From: Candidatus Magasanikbacteria bacterium RIFCSPHIGHO2_01_FULL_33_34
Lineage (GTDB): Bacteria; Patescibacteriota; Patescibacteriia; Magasanikbacterales; UBA922
DNA: 64,000 bases
Assembly (NCBI GenBank): GCA_001782825.1
Contig: MFPS01000007.1
Location: forward strand, 148,487-212,486
Direction: 5' to 3'
The notes under the pieces are model-generated. The model saw nothing but the letters and a program-made list of their open reading frames with translations. It was not told the origin of the DNA and did not search any database. A program made the position numbers and the translations under genes. Of the stretch, positions 58,789 to 64,000 are shown in pieces. Positions within the stretch are counted from its first letter, which is position 1; every line of letters begins with the position of its first letter.

Positions 58789-58891
58789 AATTAATAATTA
58801 GAGATTATTATGAGCGGATTTGGTTGTCACAACAGGCAACCACCTCGGAGCCACAGCGAGAATGAGCGAATGATAATCTCTAATTATTAAT
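58789..58891 (+). repeat. Nested palindromic intergenic element, copy R6 (subfamily B)
   Basis: Identical arms to R4; core GAGCGGATTTGGTTGTCACAACAGGCAACCACCTCGGAGCCACAGCGAGAATGA (apical stem C-to-T gives a G·U wobble). Confidence 0.85.
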
Positions 58892-58905
58892 TTAACAAAT
58901 TTATT

Positions 58906-59511
58906 ATGAATTCAGACTTAGATCAATTAATCTTAGACCTCTATGATATTGAGGCTATCAAATTTGGCGAATTTGAATTAAAAAGTGGCTTAATATCACC
59001 AATATACATGGACATCCGTCTAATAGTTTCATATCCAAAAATACTAAAATCAATTGCAAAAATAATGTGGAGTAAAGTATGTAAAATTGAATTTGATATA
59101 ATCTGTGGAGTGCCATACACTGCCCTACCAATCGCAACTGTTATGTCTACCCAAAATAACAAACCAATGATAATGCGAAGAAAAGAAGTAAAAAAATATG
59201 GAACAAAAAAAATAATAGAAGGTAAATTTGAAAGTAAACAAACATGTCTTGTAGTTGAAGATCTCGTCACTAGTGGCTCCAGTATTTTTGAAACCATTGA
59301 ACCAATTGAAGACGTCGGATTGATTGTAAAAGATATTATTATTCTAATTGATCGTGAACAAGGTGGAAAAAATCATATTGAAAACAAAGGCTACAAACTA
59401 CACAGCATAGCAAAAATATCTGAAATCTTGAAAGTATTAAAAAAATATGAAAAAATAGATACAAATACTTTCAACAAAGTAAATAAATTTATTAAAGAAA
59501 ACCAAGTATAA
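58906..59511 (+). CDS. pyrE: Orotate phosphoribosyltransferase
   Basis: PRPP-binding VVEDLVTSGSS motif. Confidence 0.85.
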   Translation: MNSDLDQLILDLYDIEAIKFGEFELKSGLISPIYMDIRLIVSYPKILKSIAKIMWSKVCKIEFDIICGVPYTALPIATVMSTQNNKPMIMRRKEVKKYGTKKIIEGKFESKQTCLVVEDLVTSGSSIFETIEPIEDVGLIVKDIIILIDREQGGKNHIENKGYKLHSIAKISEILKVLKKYEKIDTNTFNKVNKFIKENQV

Positions 59512-59512
59512 T

Positions 59513-60283
59513 ATGTTAACCTACTCAAAAAGAATAGCTTATACCACAAACCCAACTGCACAAAAACTTTTTGAAATAATAGAAGAAAAAAAAACCAATC
59601 TCTGTCTATCAATTGATGTTACTACCAAAAGCGAACTATTATTATTTGCTGATTTAATTGGCCCACAAATCTGCCTTTTAAAAACTCATATAGATATAAT
59701 CGAAGATTTTGATTTTGAAACTATAAGCCAACTACAAAGGCTTTCAGAAAAGCATAATTTTTTATTATTTGAAGATAGAAAATTTGCTGATATTGGTAAT
59801 ACTGTGGCTTATCAATACCAAGACGGGATATACCATATTGCCGACTGGGCACACATAACAAATGCCCATTGTATCGCTGGCCCAGGCACAATAGAAGGAC
59901 TCAAAATAAATGGTATGCACAAAGGCAGAGGATTATTATTGATAGCGCAAATGTCATCAAAAGATAATCTGACCACCAAAGAATATACCCAAAACACAAT
60001 AGAGCTAGCCAAAAATAATCAAGATTTTGTAATAGGATTCATATCAATGAAAAAGCTTGACGATAACCCTGGTTTTATTCATATGACACCCGGTGTCAAA
60101 CTAGACACAGGCTCGGATAATTTAGGACAACAATACAATACTCCTGAATCAGTAATTTATGAAAACGAATCAGACATAATTATTGTCGGCAGAGGAATAA
60201 TAGAATCTACAAACCCAAAACAAGAAGCAGAAAATTACAAAATTGCTGGATGGAATGCTTATACCAGAAGATTAGAAAAATAA
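59513..60283 (+). CDS. pyrF: Orotidine-5'-phosphate decarboxylase (long, URA3-like type)
   Basis: DxK…KFADIGNTV motif. Confidence 0.85.
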   Translation: MLTYSKRIAYTTNPTAQKLFEIIEEKKTNLCLSIDVTTKSELLLFADLIGPQICLLKTHIDIIEDFDFETISQLQRLSEKHNFLLFEDRKFADIGNTVAYQYQDGIYHIADWAHITNAHCIAGPGTIEGLKINGMHKGRGLLLIAQMSSKDNLTTKEYTQNTIELAKNNQDFVIGFISMKKLDDNPGFIHMTPGVKLDTGSDNLGQQYNTPESVIYENESDIIIVGRGIIESTNPKQEAENYKIAGWNAYTRRLEK

Positions 60284-60300
60284 AATAGACTCAAGACATT

Positions 60301-61233
60301 TTATTTTAAAAATTTTTGAACCAAACTCTCAGCTTCTTCATAATTTTTACACCAATTTATATCACGATCTTTCCTAAACCATGTAAGCTGGCGCTTGGCG
60401 TATTGTTTAGTTTCTTTTTTTAATTTTTCCACAACTTGCTCAATAGTAATAATACCCTCAAAATATTCTTTGAACTGCTTATAACCAATTCCACTCATAC
60501 TTGGCAAATTCCAATTATATTTTTTGTCCAACAAACATTTTACTTCTGCTTCCAAACCACCCTCTATCATTTTATCAACTCTATTATCTATTTTTTCATA
60601 TAACTCTTGTTTATCAATATCAATGCCAATTTTAAGACAATCAAACAATTGCTCACCTTTAATTTTTTGTTTTGAAAAAGGCTCTCCACTCAATATTGAA
60701 ACTTCAAGTGCCCGAATAACCCTTCTTTTATTATTCTTATCAATCTTGTCTGCACTGACTTTATCAATTGATAACAATAATTCATGCAATTGATCTACAC
60801 TTTTTTCCATCAAACTATTTCTCAATTTATTATTAGCCAAAACCATTGGTACTCTAAAATTCTCAATCAAAGTTGATATATATAACCCAGTACCACCAAC
60901 CACTATAGGATATCTTTTATTTTTGTAAGATAATTTAATATACTTAAAAGCTTTGTCTCTAAAATTTGGTGCCGTAAATTGTTTCCCCGGATCCAAAAAA
61001 TCAATAAGATGATGTGGAATGTCTTCTACAAAAAAAGTCTTGCGAAGCCCCACTCTTCGCCATTCACCATTACCTTTGGCCGTACCAATATTCATTTTTT
61101 TGTAAACCTGTCTAGAATCTGCTGAAATAATTTCTCCATTAATTTTTTTGGCCAACCTCAAACTCCAACCTGTTTTACCTGAAGCTGTCGGCCCAACTAT
61201 TACAATCAATTTTTGTTTATTTTTGCTTACCAT
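60301..61233 (-). CDS. miaA: tRNA dimethylallyltransferase
   Basis: GPTASGKT P-loop, SADSRQVYK motif. Confidence 0.9.
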   Translation of the reverse strand: MVSKNKQKLIVIVGPTASGKTGWSLRLAKKINGEIISADSRQVYKKMNIGTAKGNGEWRRVGLRKTFFVEDIPHHLIDFLDPGKQFTAPNFRDKAFKYIKLSYKNKRYPIVVGGTGLYISTLIENFRVPMVLANNKLRNSLMEKSVDQLHELLLSIDKVSADKIDKNNKRRVIRALEVSILSGEPFSKQKIKGEQLFDCLKIGIDIDKQELYEKIDNRVDKMIEGGLEAEVKCLLDKKYNWNLPSMSGIGYKQFKEYFEGIITIEQVVEKLKKETKQYAKRQLTWFRKDRDINWCKNYEEAESLVQKFLK

Positions 61234-61380
61234 ATATAATTATTGATTCTATATTATATATGCAAATAAATATAAAATCAAGACCTTGACATATACCACA
61301 AAATAATGTATAAATATAGCTATTAATAACGGTGGGACCATAATCACAAATATGGGCTAGCACCACTAAACTATTCATTT

Positions 61381-62058
61381 ATGTCAAAAAGAATGGACCA
61401 GCTAAATACAAAGGTAAGCAAAACAAAAGTCTACACTTTGGAAGAAGCTATAAAACTTGTCAAAGAAACAAGTACAGTAAAATTCGATGCATCAGTCGAA
61501 GCACATATAAAACTTGGAATTAATACAAAAAAGAGTGACCAACAGCTAAGGTCAACCGTAGCCTTACCTCACGGAACTGGTAAAACTAAAACTGTGGCAG
61601 CATTCGTTGGCGCTAATGACGAAAAAACTGCCAAAGAAGCTGGAGCAGATTTCGTATACAATGAAGAAGACATTAAAAAAATAAAAGATACCGGTAAAAT
61701 AGAATTTGAAATTGCAGTAGCCACACCAGATATGATGCCAAAATTGGCTGTAGCCGCTAAAGTCCTCGGACCAAAAGGCCTAATGCCAAATCCAAAAACA
61801 GAAACAGTTGGACCAGATATAACCAAACTAATCACTGCCTTAAAAAAAGGCAAAGCAGCTTTTAAAAATGACGATGCTGGTATTGTCCACATAGCCATTG
61901 GTAAAGTAAGTTTTGATGAAGCGAAGCTAATAGATAACTTTAATGCATTGATTGAAGCTCTCAAAAAAGCCAAACCAACTGCAGCCAAAGGTGTATTTAT
62001 ACAATCAATCCATCTGACTAGTAGTATGGGCCCTGGAATCAAAGTTGAAGTCCAATAA
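61381..62058 (+). CDS. rplA: Ribosomal protein L1
   Basis: Full-length uL1 (…KFDASVEAHIKLGIN…VALPHGTGK…). Confidence 0.9.
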   Translation: MSKRMDQLNTKVSKTKVYTLEEAIKLVKETSTVKFDASVEAHIKLGINTKKSDQQLRSTVALPHGTGKTKTVAAFVGANDEKTAKEAGADFVYNEEDIKKIKDTGKIEFEIAVATPDMMPKLAVAAKVLGPKGLMPNPKTETVGPDITKLITALKKGKAAFKNDDAGIVHIAIGKVSFDEAKLIDNFNALIEALKKAKPTAAKGVFIQSIHLTSSMGPGIKVEVQ

Positions 62059-62075
62059 AATACAAAAAATAAATT

Positions 62076-62110
62076 AAAAAACTCCTCACAAAATTATGAG
62101 GAGTTTTTAA
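62076..62110. terminator. Bidirectional rho-independent terminator between rplA and the convergent small gene
   Basis: aaaaactcctcacaaaattatgaggagttttt. Confidence 0.6.
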
Positions 62111-62118
62111 TTATTTTA

Positions 62119-62385
62119 TTATAATTCTACAATGCAAAAACCATCATCTCCAATATAATAATCGTACACTAATGGATGTTTTTTTATCAATTCGATTATT
62201 ACTTTTTTTAATATACCCTCACCTACACCGTAAACAACTTTTACATACTTCTCTTTATTTTTTGCATAATAATATAATTCCTTTTCAAATTGTTCTTCTG
62301 CTTCACTTATACCAGAAGACTTATGCAAATCAATTGTTAAAATATTGTCACCATTAGACATTGTCCAAAATAATGTTTCATTCAT
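62119..62385 (-). CDS. Small Smr-like domain protein (…IDLHKSSGISEAE…)
   Basis: ORF track; weak resemblance to the Smr LDLHG motif. Confidence 0.35.
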   Translation of the reverse strand: MNETLFWTMSNGDNILTIDLHKSSGISEAEEQFEKELYYYAKNKEKYVKVVYGVGEGILKKVIIELIKKHPLVYDYYIGDDGFCIVEL

Positions 62386-62456
62386 ATATACTATATAATA
62401 TACTACAAACTAATCAATGGTTAATGGTCAATTGTAAAATGTTAATAGTCGTAATG

Positions 62457-62540
62457 TGCCGAAGGCGGGACTCGAACCCGCACGCTGTGAAGCACCTGCT
62501 CCTAAGGCAGGCGTGTATACCAATTTCACCACTTCGGCAT
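62457..62540 (-). tRNA. tRNA-Leu (anticodon TAG), long variable arm
   Basis: rc: gccgaag-tg-gtgaaattggtatacac-gcctgcCTTAGGAgcagg-tgcttcacagcgtg-cgggttcgagtcccg-ccttcggc-a. Confidence 0.85.
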
Positions 62541-62623
62541 ATAAAATACTCCCCATATTTAACCATATTATTGCCCACCAGTCAAGGATTAAAAAACCCT
62601 GCTTACGCAGGATTTACTTAATT

Positions 62624-62980
62624 TTATTTTTTATCTTCTACTTTTTCTTCTATATTCTTTCTTTTGACTTCTTTTAATTTTCTTTTATGATTTCTCAAAT
62701 ATAATGGTTTTGATTGCCTTACTGCCATTTCTCTTACCAATTCAATCTTGGCCACAACTGGAGAATGTAATGGAAATATTTTCTCAACGCCATAACCTTT
62801 TGCGTCTTTTCTAACTGTAACTGTAGCTCCCTTTTCTTTGCCATGTTTTACAGCCAATACAATCCCTTCAAAAAGCTGTATACGCTCTTTTTCTTCACCT
62901 TTGGCATTAATTTCTTTGATCAATTGGTGAACTTTTACGATCATTCCCGGCTTTAAAGAAAAACGAATATCTTCTGACAT
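62624..62980 (-). CDS. rplS: Ribosomal protein L19
   Basis: …PGMIVKVHQLIKE…ERIQLFEGIVLAVKHGKEKGATVTVRK… bL19 pattern. Confidence 0.9.
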   Translation of the reverse strand: MSEDIRFSLKPGMIVKVHQLIKEINAKGEEKERIQLFEGIVLAVKHGKEKGATVTVRKDAKGYGVEKIFPLHSPVVAKIELVREMAVRQSKPLYLRNHKRKLKEVKRKNIEEKVEDKK

Positions 62981-63063
62981 ATTTTATATATTTAATTGAG
63001 AGGTTGAGCAAGTTAACTCAACATCATAGTATTACTAATAGTGGCAATATATTACTATATTGC

Positions 63064-63633
63064 TCATTTTTTGTCAACCTTATTTATAATTTTCTCTATT
63101 TCTTTAACAGCCATATCAAGATAACCCTCTTTATTGACCACCTTATAATCATACTTATTGGCCATTTTAATTTCTTTTTTTGCTATCTTAAGCCTTTTTT
63201 TAAGCTCACTTTCTTCAACCCCACCCCGTTCTCTTATTCTATTTTCCAAAACATCAATACTATCTGGCAACAAAAATATAGACAAATGATCAACTCCACT
63301 TTTTTTCAAGTTTGCCCTACCATTAACATCAATATTAGTAAAAACTAATCTATTATTCGCCAATGTTTTTGCTAATATTTCTTTTTCAATCCCATAATAA
63401 TTACCATTAAAATTATTATATTCTACCAATTCATTATTTTTTATTTTTTTTTCAAAACTTTCTTTTGATATAAAATTATAATTTATACCAGACACGTCCC
63501 CAGGCCTCTTGTCACGAGTAGTAGTAGTCAAAAGTTTTACTGAACCTGAAAAAATATTCATTAATTTTGCTATAATTGTATCTTTTCCTCCACCAGAGGG
63601 AGATGAAATAACCACAAAAATACTTTTTGACAT
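63064..63633 (-). CDS. gmk: Guanylate kinase
   Basis: P-loop SSPSGGGKDT, GMP-binding region. Confidence 0.85.
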   Translation of the reverse strand: MSKSIFVVISSPSGGGKDTIIAKLMNIFSGSVKLLTTTTRDKRPGDVSGINYNFISKESFEKKIKNNELVEYNNFNGNYYGIEKEILAKTLANNRLVFTNIDVNGRANLKKSGVDHLSIFLLPDSIDVLENRIRERGGVEESELKKRLKIAKKEIKMANKYDYKVVNKEGYLDMAVKEIEKIINKVDKK

Positions 63634-63634
63634 A

Positions 63635-64000
63635 TTAATTTAATTCTTTAATAAAATCTTTTAATTTTTTGGGTAAATTACTATTATAACAAACTTTCTT
63701 ACCTTGCAAATCTTCAAAACACAATTCGCTAGCGTGCAAAAATATTCTACCTAATTTTTCATCCTTTTTTCTATTCAGTTTTTTATTAAAATGCAAACTA
63801 TCCCCAACAACTGGATGAGCGTATGCCAACATATGAACTCTAATCTGATGAGTTCTACCAGTATGAATTTTAACTTTTAATAAAGAAAACCTAGTATATT
63901 CTTTTTCAACCCAATACTCAGTCAATGCTTCACGACCCTCTTGTTCTTTACCAACATTTTTTACCTTGAAATTATCTATTTTTGGTCGTGCAACCATTTT
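63635..64000 (-). CDS. RluA-family pseudouridine synthase, C-terminal part (N-terminus beyond window)
   Basis: HTGRTHQIRVHMLAYAHPVVGDSLH catalytic-region motif; frame open to the window edge. Confidence 0.7.
   Translation of the reverse strand, partial: KMVARPKIDNFKVKNVGKEQEGREALTEYWVEKEYTRFSLLKVKIHTGRTHQIRVHMLAYAHPVVGDSLHFNKKLNRKKDEKLGRIFLHASELCFEDLQGKKVCYNSNLPKKLKDFIKELN

Noticed and set aside
3421-58891. Possibility that the seven repeats form a CRISPR array or are CRISPR-like
   Set aside because: The copies are 1.5-30 kb apart, lie in intergenic regions and have inverted-repeat arms. There are no regularly spaced direct repeats or spacers, and no cas genes are present.
1-64000. Prophage, integrase, transposase, restriction-modification or toxin-antitoxin genes
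   Set aside because: None of the ORFs shows recombinase (R..H..R..Y), DDE, methyltransferase (DPPY/NPPY), PIN or RelE-type motifs recognisable by eye. The only candidates for such roles are the uncharacterised islet genes at 9479-11126, reported as a finding rather than called.

Overview
This is a low-GC (~30%) window from a small-genome bacterium that uses standard stop codons (conserved genes read through without in-frame TGA). The gene content suggests a CPR/Patescibacteria-like organism, which is my inference. I can support roughly 65 protein genes, five stable-RNA genes, a repeat family and several terminators and promoters.

**Housekeeping genes:**
- smpB followed by a tmRNA (ssrA) gene, then infC-rpmI-rplT.
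- tRNA-Asp on the plus strand, tRNA-Val, tRNA-Ile and tRNA-Leu on the minus strand.
- A glycolytic pair, pyk next to a ppsA with an unusual C-terminal extension.
- A division block nrdR / ftsZ-ftsA-dgkA-ybeY.
- lepB-hisS-rpsU-yqeY.
- rpsP plus a KH protein.
- A dTMP-synthesis cluster: dCMP deaminase, a P-loop kinase, dut, an HD-domain protein, thyA, folA, tmk.
- gatB.
- A complete de novo pyrimidine operon carA-carB-pyrB-pyrI-pyrC-pyrD-pyrE-pyrF.
- miaA, rplA, rplS, gmk and a partial rluA-family gene.

**Most striking content:**
1. A ~16 kb same-strand cell-surface locus.
   - Its largest gene (10.5 kb, 3499 aa) encodes a Cys-rich giant protein that carries Myxococcus-type cysteine-rich repeats and IPT/TIG-like domains.
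   - Its N-terminus is a signal peptide plus a two-helix hairpin, VirB2/TrbC-pilin-like. That module is paralogous to the N-terminus of the adjacent 679-aa protein.
   - Three bitopic proteins with thrombospondin-type-3-like Ca-binding repeats lie in the same transcription block.
2. A previously unrecognised nested palindromic intergenic element (7 copies plus 1 apparent empty site).
   - A conserved GC-rich ~50-nt core contains a small hairpin that shows compensatory base changes between copies.
   - The core sits inside AT-rich inverted-repeat arms.
   - Every copy lies 15-100 nt upstream of a gene start, and four of the seven are in front of nucleotide-metabolism genes (nrdR, carA, pyrD, pyrE).
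3. A ~2 kb GC-elevated islet of unknown proteins directly downstream of tRNA-Asp.

No rRNA, CRISPR array, integrase or transposase is visible.
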